Shown here: positions 49,072 through 62,200 of the stretch, in pieces
Numbering within the stretch: the stretch's first letter is position 1
Layout of the letters: the number at the start of each line of letters is the position of its first letter
From: Podarcis muralis
Lineage: Eukaryota
DNA length: 64,000 nt
NCBI RefSeq assembly: GCF_964188315.1
Contig: NC_135657.1
Coordinates: forward strand, 48,422,001 to 48,486,000
Direction of reading: 5' to 3'
Notes under the pieces: model-generated
Database searches by the model: none
Told to the model about the DNA's origin: nothing
Seen by the model: the letters and a program-made list of their open reading frames with translations, nothing else
Made by a program: the position numbers and the translations under genes

Positions 49072-49891
49072 CAGAACTTTCCAAACTGTGTGTTGGGACA
49101 CATTGGTGTGTCAGCTGCAGTGTGTAGTTGTACGAATGCTTGCAGCACTCCTCCTGGGGCTGGAAAGGGTTAGTTTAACCACTGGTTTGCTAGTAAAACT
49201 TGTGGGATGTAACATCACTGAAGCAGTCAAATACAACATTTGCTGTTTGCCCAGAGTGGACTGACAGGGGACTTCCTGTCACACATGGTCTGGAGCATCC
49301 TTCTCCTGTGTGTGACCAGGTAGAGGGGCGTGACCCTGGCGTAGACCCTATAAAAGGGCCAGTCACGCAGCCATCTTCCTCTTGATACTTTCTTGATGCC
49401 CTTCTCTCCATTTTGCCTTTTGCTCTCTGCTGGCTCTCAGCCAGCACCACATGGCTCATCCCTACAGAGGAGGAAGCCACACTTTGTATCTCTATAAATG
49501 TAACTGCAACTATAAACTAAAGCCTGCCTTCAGGAAACTACTGTGAACTGAATGTAACTCATCTTTACGCTTACTTTTAAAGAAGACTGCCATGTTACTA
49601 TTATTTTAAGAGGGAAATAAAGGGGAATTTTAACAGGAACAATCCAGACTCGACAAGCCAGACTGGATTGCTTAATTTAAAGGATTCTAACGAACTGTTA
49701 ACTTGCTTCCAGCAATGTGCAAAGGAATGTGCTCTGCTACTAGCTCACTAGCATGAGTGAGGAAGGATAATATTTAGTCAATATAGCCTCTCCTACTATC
49801 CACAACATTCCCACAAAACTGAATTACTGTGTCACGAAATGATGCATGTCTAAAAAGTGTGTCATCAACATGAAAAGTTTGGAAAGCTCTG
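49072..49891. mobile_element. hAT element inserted into a SINE (SINE halves about 48977-49071 and 49892-49970)
   Basis: TIR CAGAACTTTCCAAACT / AGTTTGGAAAGCTCTG (15/16); perfect 8-bp TSD CCCTAGAG. Confidence 0.88.
49208..49635 (+). mobile_element. Probable solo LTR nested in the hAT element
   Basis: TGTAACA...TTTTAACA ends, flanks ggga/ggaa (3/4), TATAAAA 49349-49355, AATAAA 49616-49621. Boundaries uncertain. Confidence 0.55.
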
Positions 49892-52800
49892 CCCTAGAGA
49901 TCTACTGACAGTCAGATTAGATAATGTTGATCAAGATCGACCCAATGGTCTAATGCAGCTTCCTATGTTTTTAAATGTATTTTATTATAAAATATGCTGA
50001 GGACCTTATTACAGAATTTGGAGAAGTGCTCACTCCAAAGAATAACAATGTTTTCTGATCCACACATTTAGTCTGGGAGATAGTGATCAGGGCAGTTTGT
50101 ATCAGAATTCACAAAGGTTGAATTCCCCATGCATGACTCTTATTGACATGAAAGCAAATTGGTGGAGGGGGATGCATGAAACCCAGCTATGGCAAATACC
50201 AGGTCTTAAAAGATCTTGGGTAATAGCTCTGGAAAATAGTCCTGGCTGAGACTCTGGATAGCCACTGCCACCCAGCTGGGCTACATGGACATATGAATCA
50301 AGTCCATTTAAAGCAACGTCATGCATTTATATTAACTCTTGTAGATCATGAGGTGCCATGGAGCAAAACTGCATGCTCAGCTGGGACTCTCCCACGGTTA
50401 GCTGCGGTAAGTGAAAGTTCACTGTTTGAACATGGAGCTTTGTCATTCCATCAGTAGCGATGAAAAAAACTTACTAAACTCTGGGGGCAATGATAAAGAT
50501 GCAGTTCACTGAGTGCCAGTCTCATGCTAGGGCCATTGTAATTTACAGGACCTGTTCATGGGTGGACGGGCTCCTGTTGAAAAAGGTTTATCCCTCTCAA
50601 TCACTTGGTTTCTAATGGGGGAAGCAGATGCTGAAGCAAGCTTGTTTGGTATCTCTGACACCTCATCCCTGATGTGTGATGACAGGGGCAAAACTACATT
50701 TTGCACAAGCTCAGAGTTATCGCAAAGCAATGGTTTATATATCAGTACAGCGTCCTGAAGTTCAGCATTGATTCTGGGGCTGAGTCCTTGGGCATCCAGC
50801 TTAAATGATCTCCTCTTTTTGAGCTGTGCACCTTTTCTAAAGCTTCCCGAATCCACATGGCTTTCTTGGATCTGAAATTGCACATATCTGGGCTCTGTTG
50901 ATAGACCTTTTTCTGCGAGGGGAAAGACATGTTTTAAGCAATCCAAATTTGCTGCTTGTGTTGCATGCATGGAAACAGGTCCGTGTGCACTTGGAAAGAA
51001 GTTGGCTGACTTTGTGGCAGAGGGCTGTACATAAAGGCCTTCATCCAGGCAAAAATGAAAGCCATTTCAAGTGGTCCAGATTTTTTGTTAGCATTGCACC
51101 TGGTTGCCTACTTCCTCTGCTTAGTGGCATACCTTGCAGCCAAGTTCAAGAAACGCTGGATTACAGTGAAAAGCTTCCATACAATCAGACTTCTTTTAAA
51201 TCCCATTAGTCTTAAAGAGTAACTGTGTTACTGCCAAACTGCACTCTAAGGCATTGAAGACAATGGAACTCTGAGCAAGCATGTAAAGTATTGGACTGAA
51301 CCCCTGGGCGCTCACCTCTGAATATTTAATCTCCTTTGGAGAAACATTTTTAAAGTATTTCTGCTGTATTTGGGAAGGTTCCAAGTTTTATGTTTCACCC
51401 ACCCACCCTATGTAACCTTCAGACAGGCACGGTCTCTTGCCTGTGTCACAGTTTGGCCAGTCGCACTGGAGATGGGCAAACCTCGCACAAAAATGTTAAC
51501 AGGTTTGATTGTGTGAGGGTATTTCCCCTGAAAGGTATTGGGTGTCAGAAAAAGCATATGAGAAGTGAATTCAGCCCCAGTGTAGTCTACTTTTAATTAT
51601 TACCCAGTTCTTGTCTACCTGTGGCATGTGGCATTTTTGTGATGACCTTTGGTTTTCATGAAATAAACATGACTGATGAGTGTGATAAGCTCTGGGCAAG
51701 CTCTCTCTTTGCCCCATTAGAATGTGACAAAGTGATGGAACCCAGGAACTGGCTTGTATATGTGAGCAGAACAACCGATAGGAAGAGAATAAAGTTAGCA
51801 TCAAACTATTCTTTCACCAAAAGAGACAAAGGTTTAATTCTGTTTGAGGACACACAATAACTATCTTTCATCTCTTTCTCTTTCTCTGAATAATAGTGAT
51901 AAAATAACCACCTAACTTACCTCAATACCATGGTGCATGAACACAGGAAATTATGTGCTGCTGTTGTGCAACAGTTGACAGTGCAATCCTGTACATTCAG
52001 AAATATGAACAACCAAGTTCAATGGAATTTACTTCCATGGAAGTGTGCAATCTTACAACCTTAGTTTTCAATGACAAAAATGTCAGATCCTCAGTAACGA
52101 GGGTACTGACGCATTCTTGCCAACACAAAAGATATCCAGATTAGATTAATTAATATGCAACCAAAATACACAAAGTAGCTGTAGCTCAGGATAAACTTCT
52201 AGTGTTGTTCTCAGTGTTGAACATCTTGCATGTCAACAGCAATAAGAAGCAAGTGACCACAGTTGAGCAAGGAGTGAAGTGCACTTGATTGAGTCCAATG
52301 ACTGAAATAGGTTCACACATGCTTCACTCTGTGTTGGGAGTGTGACTATTTAATCTGTTGATGTTGGTTTAGATCTCGCTTCCTCTGCTTTTGTGCTTGG
52401 ATGAAAGAAAAAAGCAATGTAACCTTAGATATCAACAAGTTAGGATTTGTGTAACACTGCCCAGGGTTGCTTTTGAATTGATTCCAGGAAGTGTTATCTT
52501 CTAGAATGGCAGTTCTGAGCATCCAGAGCCGGGCATATTTATCTAGGTTATCAATCTGCCTGATGATAAAGTTCTTTTGACATTTCCTCTTGAGAAACAC
52601 AATACTTTGCTTTGTTGAACTGTTGCTGTCAAAGGAGTGTTGTCCACTTGCATTTGTCTTGCAGCATAATTTTGTAACAACATGTTTTCATAGAGTTAAG
52701 ATGAATGGAACTGTTTCCACAAGCTTGGGGCAGGGGGAAACAACTGACGGATTCTATTTTTTACTAAAATATATTTTTACTGTAGGCATATCTAACACAG

Positions 52801-54397
52801 TAGAGTTGACCAATTAATGATTAGTTGTTCTACATTTACTGATAGCTACATTTACTAATAGTTACAATTAAACAAATATTGAAAGGAAAACATCAAGAGT
52901 GCCAAACTACTAAAATAACACTATTGGGGATTTAATGATAAGACAGTTCTCTTTTTCAGCATATCATCTTTAAAAGTGATCCCCATTCCCACCCACCATT
53001 AAAATATCAAGAGCTGCAGTTCAATGTGATAACGGTAGACTTTTGCTTCATTTCTTGACATTAGTCCAAACACCCGAACAATCTGACTTCTCTTAGGACC
53101 CAAGTGTGAAGTTACACACTTAGCAGTCAATATGAAATACAGCTTGTCTCCATCAATATCCATGTGCAGCCCTGACCTTGCTGATGACCTTCCCAGTGAC
53201 ACTGGTGTCAGGAGGGTGGCTCTGCAATGCAGTCCCTCTGTGTGGGCCAGTCCTGACATGGGCTGAAGCATCACTCTGTTTCTTGAAGGAGCCACTCAGG
53301 AAGCAGATCTAGCGCCATTCATGCACAGAGTGTTCCAGCTGATTAAGGGGAAGTGGGGCTGTACCACAAGTCTCCACTCCCATCATCACATGGCTCCTCT
53401 AGCCCAGACAAGCACTCCTTGGGTGAGCACAGATATAATTCAGTGGATATCACGAAGACAGGTGTAATCTAAAAAAAAAAAAAACAACCCTCAGCTGTAG
53501 GGTGAGCTTGGCTTCCTTCTGACCTTAAAATACAGGTGGAATAATGACCAGTCTGTGCAAACTACTGAATCAAATACACAATCAGCTGCCAATCTTGCCA
53601 ATCTTGCTGATGCTTCATCCATTAGTACTTTAATTAAAAACGCACCGGTGAAAGTTTATCTGCATAAAGAAACAACGAAGTCTTGCAGCACCTTGAATTT
53701 GAATAGATTTATTGTTGCCTTAGCTTTCATGGACGAGAGTCCATTTATGCCACAATATATCTACTAGCCTTTAAGATGCGGAAATATTCTGTAATTTTGA
53801 AAATAACACATTTTTTAAAAGTGCAAATCGCCCAGGAGTGGAGGGAGGATCCTTCGTGAGATCACAAGAACTCAGCAAATCATGCTGATGCTTGACCTCC
53901 TACATGCTAATAGAATGAATGTGAATGGCAACAGACTCTTCTCCCACAACAACAGAACTACAGCACTTCGTTCCTGGTAGCCAAGCCTTAATTCTGGCTG
54001 CTATGCCTGTCTTGCAGCCAGGGCACTGCATCTTTCCATAATCGTTTACTGATTTCTGATTTCAACTTTTTAAAAAATTGGTTTTCATTGTATGGCTTTA
54101 TGTACAGTTGTTGTGAATTGTTCATTTTTATTTTTTTTTATGAATAGCAGGACATGACATGAACCATAGAATCACAGAACCAAAGAGTTGGAAGGGTCAT
54201 CATCTAGCATAATTCTCTGCTATGCACTTCCATATAGTAAAAAGTCAAAAACATTTCCATGTATAAGAGCAATGCAAATGTTTAAAAACAATTCCATATA
54301 CAAAAACAGTTAAAAACAGTTTCCACTGCAGATGCAGGCCAAAATAAATCTCTCCATTTAAAAGGCTTGTTGAAAGACCTTAAAAGAGCTGTAGTTC

Positions 54398-54520
54398 AGA
54401 ATCATAGAATTGCAGAGTTGGAAGGGACCCTGACGATCATCTAGGAATATGTAGCTGTCTGTTATTGGGATCAAACCTGCAACCTTAGCATTATCAGCAC
54501 CATGTTCTAACCAACACTGG
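54398..54520 (-). mobile_element. tRNA-Ile-derived SINE with CR1-type tail
   Basis: Reverse strand TTGGTTAGAACATGGTGCTGATAATGCTAAGGTTGCAGGTTTGATCCC joined to the ccttccaactc...attctatgattct tail. Tail-only copies near 3001-3090, 18008-18090, 18720-18810, 54170-54230. Confidence 0.75.
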
Positions 54521-55804
54521 TTACTCCTGCTGCACTTGGAGGCTCTGCTTGAGGGCTGTTTCCTGCGGGGAATAATTTCGTGCACTCTGGTTAATCGCAC
54601 AGAGTAACATCCTACCCACAGTATGAGTTGTCTGTGCATTGCTGTCAACTGGTGTCAACTTTTGAGCAGCCTTCCCTCAACCAGATGCCCTTCAGATGTT
54701 GCTGGGTATGAGTCCCATCCTCCCTGACCGTTGGCCACGCTGGCTGGGGCTGATGGGATTTGGAGTCCAACATCATCTGGAGGGCAAACCAGACTGTGGA
54801 GGCTGATCCGGAGAATGAAGCCGTCCACATGAAACAGCGCGTCGCACAAAGCCCCATTTCCTGGCAGGCTCCGCATGGGAACTGTAGCCTGAGAAACGAT
54901 CTTTCATGTCCTACATTTGAGACGCAAAGCACACATATCTTGTTGTGGGAAAAGCTTACTTCGAGAAACGTTCGGAATCCTTGTCATCGCTGAAATATAC
55001 CAGTCAGCTACCATGAAATGCCATTCCAAAGAAGCCTTTGCAAAAGAGAGAGGAGAAGAGGGAGACCCCTTTAGGTCTTTCCAGAAATGCTGCAGGAAAT
55101 GTAACGATGGGAATAAATAACAGGTGCTGTGAGCAGCTGCTAGTGCATCACAAGTCGTCTTTTTCAATCGGTTTTCTGTTAAGGGATCAAGATTTCTCCC
55201 CCCCAGAGGGTTTCCACCATCACATATTCAAGGAATGTTTCTCTCTTTGTTTCTAAAACTCAGCCCCCCGAATAAATGTCATGCTCAGTGCTTTTTCTTT
55301 TCAAGGGGTACTCAAGGATACGCAGTAGCAGCACCTCTTTTTTATTGTTGTTAAAAAGTATGACACTTACTGTAACAACTTCATGGTGAGTGCTGGTTAT
55401 GCTAATCACAAATCTTTGGCCTGGTTAACATTTGGCCTTCAAAGCATTAACTTTCGAGCAAAATTCATAACTCTAGCTGACTGCATTTGGACCATGTTTA
55501 TATATATTGCTTTTAAAGCCAAACGTTATTTCTGACTTGCATTTCATGCGGTGAAATCATTGGGGTGCCCTCATGAGCCAAATCTTGCCCTTTTAAAAGA
55601 TAAACCACTCATATTTCTCAGTGACTATCTGAAATTTGGTTTCTCCCGCCCACACTGAATCAGGGTGGCTGTGGCAAAAGAGGGAAATTGATATAAATTT
55701 CCTATCCTTTTAGTATTACGTCAAGGTATTGTTTTATTCAGTGCTTATTCTTGAGACTATATCATTGGGAGACAAGTGGGGCCGTCAACAAAATGTTGCA
55801 GTAT

Positions 55805-56027
55805 CATAGAATCATAGAGTTGGAATAGACCACAAGGGCCATCGAGTCCAACCCCCTGCCAAGCAGGAAACACCATCAGAGCACTCCTGACATATGGTTG
55901 TCAAGCCTCTGCTTAAAGACCTCCAAAGAAGGAGACTCCACCACACTCCTTGGCAGCAAATTCCACTGTCGAACAGCTCTTACTGTCAGGAAGTTCTTCC
56001 TAATGTTTAGGTGGAATCTTCTTTCAG
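55805..56027 (-). mobile_element. CR1 LINE 3' fragment
   Basis: Reverse strand encodes [40 protein letters not shown] followed by ATTCTATG-type terminal repeats. Confidence 0.88.
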
Positions 56028-56538
56028 TACATCCTCACCTCTTGAGAAGGCTGTGTACACTTTGCCATTCTGGTTCTAGCTTGCTCCCACCACTGGTGTT
56101 TGAAGCAGATCACATGTGACTTTACCCACAATTCATCTGAATTTTGTAGTTTCTTGAAAAATTCTGCTGTTGGGTGTGTTTCCCCTCAAACTGCGGTCAA
56201 GCTGAGGTGTGTTCATTTCACACAGCTGCTGTGCATGCACAAATGGCTATGCATGTGTAGATGGCAGCTTCGTTGAATAGCAGGGTGGGGGTTGGTTGAA
56301 GGCACAGGAAAACAAACCAGATAATCAGATGTAAAATGCAACTTGAAAGGCAGCAGGGGAAAAAGCCGCGAATGTGTACATGCCCCAAGAGTACTCCTGT
56401 TCAGAGTTTCAAACAGCCAGTCATGTCCTGCTACAGGACACCCCATTCCTAGCTTTTTCCAGTGCTTCTTCTTCTGGGGGTACTCAAAGGTGTGCAGTAC
56501 CATACCTCCCCCCCCCCATGTCAAAAGTGTGGCAATTA

Positions 56539-56798
56539 CCGTATTTTTCAGTCTATAAGACGCACCAGACCACAAGACGCACCTAGTTTTTGGAGGAGGA
56601 AAACAAGAAAAAAAATATTCTGAATCTCAGAAGCCAGAACAGCAAGAGGGATCACTGTGCAGCGAAAGCAGCGATCCCTCTTGCTGTTCTGGCTTCTGGG
56701 ATAGCTGTGCAGCCTGCATTCACTCCTTAAGACACACACACATTTCCCCTTACTTTTTAGAAGGGAAAAAAGTGAGTCTTATAGAGCAAAAAATACGG
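56539..56798. mobile_element. Tigger/pogo-type MITE
   Basis: TIR CCGTATTTTT / AAAAATACGG with TA duplications. Confidence 0.85.
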
Positions 56799-56929
56799 TA
56801 TGTTAACAACTTCCTGGTGAGTACTGGAACCTTTTTTCCCCTAAAGAAAGCACTGGCTCTCTCCTATGCATTTCTATTTTCTATGTGACAACACTCTGTG
56901 GCTCCAAAGCATGCTTTGTTCTCACTAAG

Positions 56930-57114
56930 NNNNNNNNNNNNNNNNNNNNNNNNNNNNNNNNNNNNNNNNNNNNNNNNNNNNNNNNNNNNNNNNNNNNNNN
57001 NNNNNNNNNNNNNNNNNNNNNNNNNNNNNNNNNNNNNNNNNNNNNNNNNNNNNNNNNNNNNNNNNNNNNNNNNNNNNNNNNNNNNNNNNNNNNNNNNNNN
57101 NNNNNNNNNNNNNN
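56930..57114. other. Assembly gap (185 N)
   Basis: Run of N. Confidence 1.
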
Positions 57115-57364
57115 CTCTAAGCATGCTGATAGTTCCCTATTGTTTCCAATGTCACCCTTGTGCCTCCACGTACCTTAGCCCTGACTTTGCTGTTAGAGGG
57201 AGTTATTAACTCAAGCCAACAAGGCTCCAAAAGACTGATGACACGGAAGTAGGAGATCTGTCAGTGTAAGTAGGCCTCACTTCTTACCCTTGCCCAGCTG
57301 CTGTTGGGTATTAGTCTTCTCTTTGAAGCAGGAGTAGAACAATCTGTTGTACCTGTCTGAAGCA

Positions 57365-57660
57365 AGCATAACCTAAGAATCGCCCTGCTGAAGCAGGCCA
57401 AAGGCCCATCTAGTCAAGCATTCTGTTCTCATGGTGGCCAGCCAGATCCCTGTGGCAAGCTCACATAGCTGACCTGAGTACAATAGCACGCTCCACTTTT
57501 AAATCCCAGCATCTTGTATTCAGAGGAATACGGTACTTCTTCTGACAGTGGAGCAAGAACATAGCCATCATGGTTAGTAGCTTTTGATAGCCTTATCCTC
57601 CGTGAATTTGTTGAGCCCTTCTCTAAAGTCATCCAAGTCAGTGGTCATCACTAACTTCTG
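57365..57660 (-). mobile_element. CR1 LINE 3' fragment, second subfamily
   Basis: VMTTDLDDFREGLNKFTEDKAIKSY-stop C-terminus plus 3'UTR; a related 3'UTR fragment lies near 17800-18000. Confidence 0.7.
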
Positions 57661-57714
57661 AAACTGGCCCCAGAGCCATGGGACCCATATGAGGTGATTG
57701 TTCAATTTGTAATA

Positions 57715-57897
57715 CAATGGAACCTTGGTTTTCAAGCATCTCGGAAGCCGAACGTTTCGGTTTTCAAATACCGAAAACCCAGAATTAATTGGACGTCGAA
57801 CGACTTCTGAGGCACATTTCTCAATGTTCTCCATTGAAATTGCTGACCGCCCATTGTGCCTCGGCTGTCAAATGTTTCAGAAGTCGAAGTTCCACTG
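57715..57897. mobile_element. Tc1/mariner MITE
   Basis: TA-CAATGGAACCT / AAGTTCCACTG-TA. Confidence 0.75.
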
Positions 57898-58874
57898 TAC
57901 TTTATTTAAGAATCTGTACATCTGGATCAGTTTGAACTGAACTTAGGAAAGTTAATTTCTATAGTGTCAAGATTCTAACTGCATTTTAACTTGGCCACTT
58001 CACCAAGATGCCTTTCTCACAAAAAGCCCCTTTGTACATCATCTGTGCTAGAACGGCTAACTCACAGCTGCGAAGAAGCCAGGTGTAATTCAGTGCCAGG
58101 AATTTTACGCAACAGTTTTTAAGGCGGGGAAGTTGAGAATAGCAATTAATGTAATTAAAGTTACAGGGAGCATTAGCTGGGCAAAATATACTGACTCAGA
58201 AGTGTGAATCGTGTCATGCCATTTTTAATAGCCAGAAGCAACCAATTACATTGGCATTCTATGCCAGAAAAACTATGCCAACATTGACTCAGTAGGCGCG
58301 TGCCGCTTTTCCAAGCACTCCTCGTGTCACTTCCTGCAGCCATTACACCTGGGCTTTTCTTGGACCTTTTCCAGGTAGTTCTTGAGGTGTGGTATAGGGT
58401 GGGATAAACACAGGAATAAGACGACATAGCAACTAAGGCTAGTATACTATTTCCAAGGTTCCTGAAATTTGTTCCATAGTTTTCTTTTTCACTTGCCATG
58501 TTTATTTTTTAAAAATTATGCAGCCTAGGATTTGTATATATGTATTCTAGGATCCCTCTACATAAATGTAGCTTTGGATTACTCCAACTTTGAGCGCCTG
58601 GAGCCTGGAGTTGACAATGAGACCTATTTGGGGTTGGTGAGGGGTGGGGTCAGGACAGTCTGTACAAAATCAATTATGAAGAAATATAAACATGCATAAT
58701 CTAAATACACAATAATACAATTTCACTACAACATTAAAATAAATGTCCTCTCCTTCCGGCCCAAGGGGAGGGATGCCCAGGACTCACGAGACCTCTGTAA
58801 AAGCTTTATTTGATAGAGTATAAACATTTGTTTTTAAAACAGAGTCTGTTCGATGCTGTAAGGACAGGGCATTT

Positions 58875-58875
<1 letters not shown>

Positions 58876-58921
<46 letters not shown>

Positions 58922-59223
58922 TTATTTATACCCCACCCATCTGGCTAGGCTTCTCTAGCCACTCTGGGTGGCTTCCAACAAAATATTAAAATACAATGGT
59001 CTGTCAAACATTAAAAGCTTCCCTAAACAAGGCTGCCTTCAGATGTCTTCTAAAAGTCTGTTGGGTGTTTTTCTCTTTGACATCTGGTGGGAGGGCGTTT
59101 CACAGGGTGGGTGTCACTACCGAGAAGGCCCTCTGCCTGGTTCCCTGTAACTTGGCTTCTTGCAGCAAGGGAACCGCCAGAAGGCCCTCGGCACTGGACC
59201 TCAGTGTCTGGGCAGAACGATGG
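58876..59223 (-). mobile_element. 5'-truncated L2 LINE 3' end with (TAA)n tail
   Basis: Near-identical to the 11068-11474 copy. Confidence 0.87.
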
Positions 59224-62200
59224 CATCAAGAGCTGATGAGAGGCCCAACAGAACCCACTGGGACACATTGCCCCTGTCTTCACAATGCTGCAGGACTCTT
59301 TCTTGTTTCTACAGCAAGAGACTAACATGGCTACCCCTCTGCAAATAGTTTCACCCAGAAGTTCTTTGAGCTGGGTTGCCACTACATTCTAAAGCACCTT
59401 ACCAAAAAAAAAACGAATAGAAAAGCATACAGATACCAGTAGCACATTTAGAATTAAGGTTAATCTATCCCTGCTTTAGACAGCAGTAACAAACTAAGAA
59501 GTACCTACCCCTGTTTGAGAAGAGATTTGTTGCGACCTGTGGCCGGAACTCATAATGAATGCCTCTCTCTTTCTCTTAGAATGGCAATAGCACCCACCTG
59601 AGAGGTGATGGAACTGAGTTCCGGCAAGTTCCCCCTGAAAAAAAAGCCCTGGCTACAGCTATGTTTCCAAAGAACAAGTTACAGCAAGTGCTTTATCAAT
59701 AGCTGACATTGCCACTAATAATCAGAACAAAGCGGAACGTCAAACCCCATCCCTTCTCTTTTCTTGTTGACAAAATAGCTCTTGATTGGGATGTTTTAGA
59801 GTAACAATTCTGATGAGGCTAATTCTCAATATTTTAATTCCGTATACGTGGGGGAGAGTAGCCCTTGGGCAGTAGGGTAAATAATTTTGCTTTCATTTGC
59901 TTTGCAGAGCCTACAGGGAACCTAGCCATAATGTCTACCATCTTGTTCCACACTGTTTATTGAAAACACGAATTCCTCATGTTGAACTATCTTAGGGACA
60001 CATTTGTTACACGCAAAAGGCTGGCATAAAAAGTTATTGGCTAAAAGATTTCCAGGGATAACAGATGTCAAATCCAGAGGGCAGAGAGGTCATCTGGATG
60101 CTCTGATGTTCACTATGGCAATTATTGGTCACTGGCTAATGATCTTAAAGAAGTATTCCTTTTGTCTGCAAGAAATCCATCCCATCATTTTTGACATTCC
60201 CCTTCTGACAAGCAAGATTTCCAATCCCTTTATCTGGAGACAAACAGAAACAGTGTACTTGTGGTGAATAATTTGAGCTGATATTCTTGCCAGCTGTTAG
60301 GGGGACACATGCAAAAAAAAGGGGGGGGGGAGTGAGGGGAAGGTCAATGACATCTGGTTAATGGTGATCTTTCCAAACAGAAGTATCTGCTTGGGGATGG
60401 GCTAGGTTGAAGGAGGTTAAGAAGCGATGTCACCTCCAAGCTCCCCCCCCCCCCACTGAAGCGAAAGTGATAGCATGGCATCAAAGTGACTGTAATAAAA
60501 ATAAGATCTTACATAATGGAGAAATGGTGACATTACATTAGCTCATATTAAACAATGGTTGAACAGTTGCTTTCACACCCCACATCACTTTCAAGTTTAA
60601 CTCTCCCCCTTTCAAGCTACACAATGGATTTTTTGCTGAGTTCGAAAATATCAGAAGACAGGCAGAAAAGTCCGTCTTTTGTTCCTCCATCCTGCAAGGC
60701 TCTTGTTTCTTTTCTTTGCTGCCCAGCACCTAATCATAAAGATTCTCCCCCCTCTCACCCCGTTTTGCCTGCCTTGTTTCCTTTCTGCATCCCTCTCTTT
60801 TTGGTAAATCATGCTGAGTAAATTTCACTAATGAACACCATGAACTTTCCGCCTCCCCCCCCCCATTCAAATTGTACAATCCTTTCCCCTTAATTTCACC
60901 AGGGCCCTTAATGGCTGCATCCTGGTTTGGCTATTCTTGTTCTAGAGTCCTAGCACTCTTTTAAGAGCGGGTGGTGGAAATCCTTCGCTTTAATCTCTGC
61001 CTTTTTCTGTGTTGACTTTTGCTCAAGATTAAATTGCATTCGCCTTCTCTCTCTCTCTCTCTCTCTCCTTGGTCTTCCACGGAAGTCCATGCAGCTCGAT
61101 TCAGTAGATAATAGGAATCCCAAAATGGAAACAAGTTTCTTTTCTGAAAAAAAGGGGGGGAACTTGTTTCCTGGGGTCAGCAAAGGACAGGAAAAGAGTT
61201 GACAATTACTTGAATAAACAGTGCTCAGAGAAACAAAAATCAATGTGCAATTGAAGCTACAAAGTCACTGAGCTGTGATCACAGGCGGGGAAGTAGGGAC
61301 ACATTATTGGGCCTTCTGCTGGTATGTTGTATCTGTCACCAAAATGCCCTTACACAAGAGATATCCTCCATTTAAAGCACTGCTATGCTTTTCACTGCCT
61401 ATGTCTATTGATTTTTTTTTTAAAAAAAAATACAACAAAGCAACAACACTACTGTTCCCACAACTGCTTTATGATGCTTTTCAGGCTAATAGCAGTACCA
61501 CCTAGCAAAGGACACTTCCTGGGGATTAATGACTGACTTGGGGCTAATGACCTCCTGATGCATCTCAGACCATTTAATCCTCAGAGGAAAGGACCTGCAG
61601 CTCCGTCATGATTGCTTATTAATAAGAGTGTACTGACAGCAGATTTGCACTGCCCTGAGCTATCTTAAAACAGTGAGACCAAATTAAAAATGAGGCATTT
61701 GGCTGGAGTTAAAAATAAAATAAAATTCCTTCTTTATTCTTTTTAAAAAATTTGTATGCTAATTTTGTAGTAGCTCAACAGCCACATCCACCCCATAAGT
61801 CTTCAATTGTATTTCCACTGGCTGAGGTTTCTACTGGCTGAGGTTTCTATACTCTAAGGGTTGAGGGATCAGTTAGGGGGCAAATATATCAATCCACCCC
61901 TAGGATTTGTGTGGTACAAATACAGCTTGTCAAGCGCTGGAGCTCTGCAAGGTGGACTTGGAGGCCTTTGGCAATCATGGCCATACTCACCGATCCAGCA
62001 AACGTTTACTACGATCGACTGATCGTGAAACACAGCGAAAATGCAAAACGACAGCCTCAGTGGAACCAATTATTAATTATTAGAGGTGATAAGTTTGGAA
62101 CTAGCCCTCATAGCAGGTCTGAGATGTTACAGCAGTTAGATATACGGCTGCCGGTTTGATAACAAATTTATTAGACCCCTCAAGACTCAATAGGGTGTCT

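Noticed and set aside
50527-50970. 147-aa minus-strand ORF (similarly 29657-30157 plus, 166 aa)
   Set aside because: No recognisable domain or supported splice pattern; within chance length for 64 kb over six frames. A BLAST hit would overturn this.
54455-54520. tRNA-Ile-like sequence
   Set aside because: Acceptor stem degenerate and fused to a CR1-type tail; it is a SINE head, not a tRNA gene.
56864-57209. ORFs containing X runs
   Set aside because: Artefacts of the N gap.
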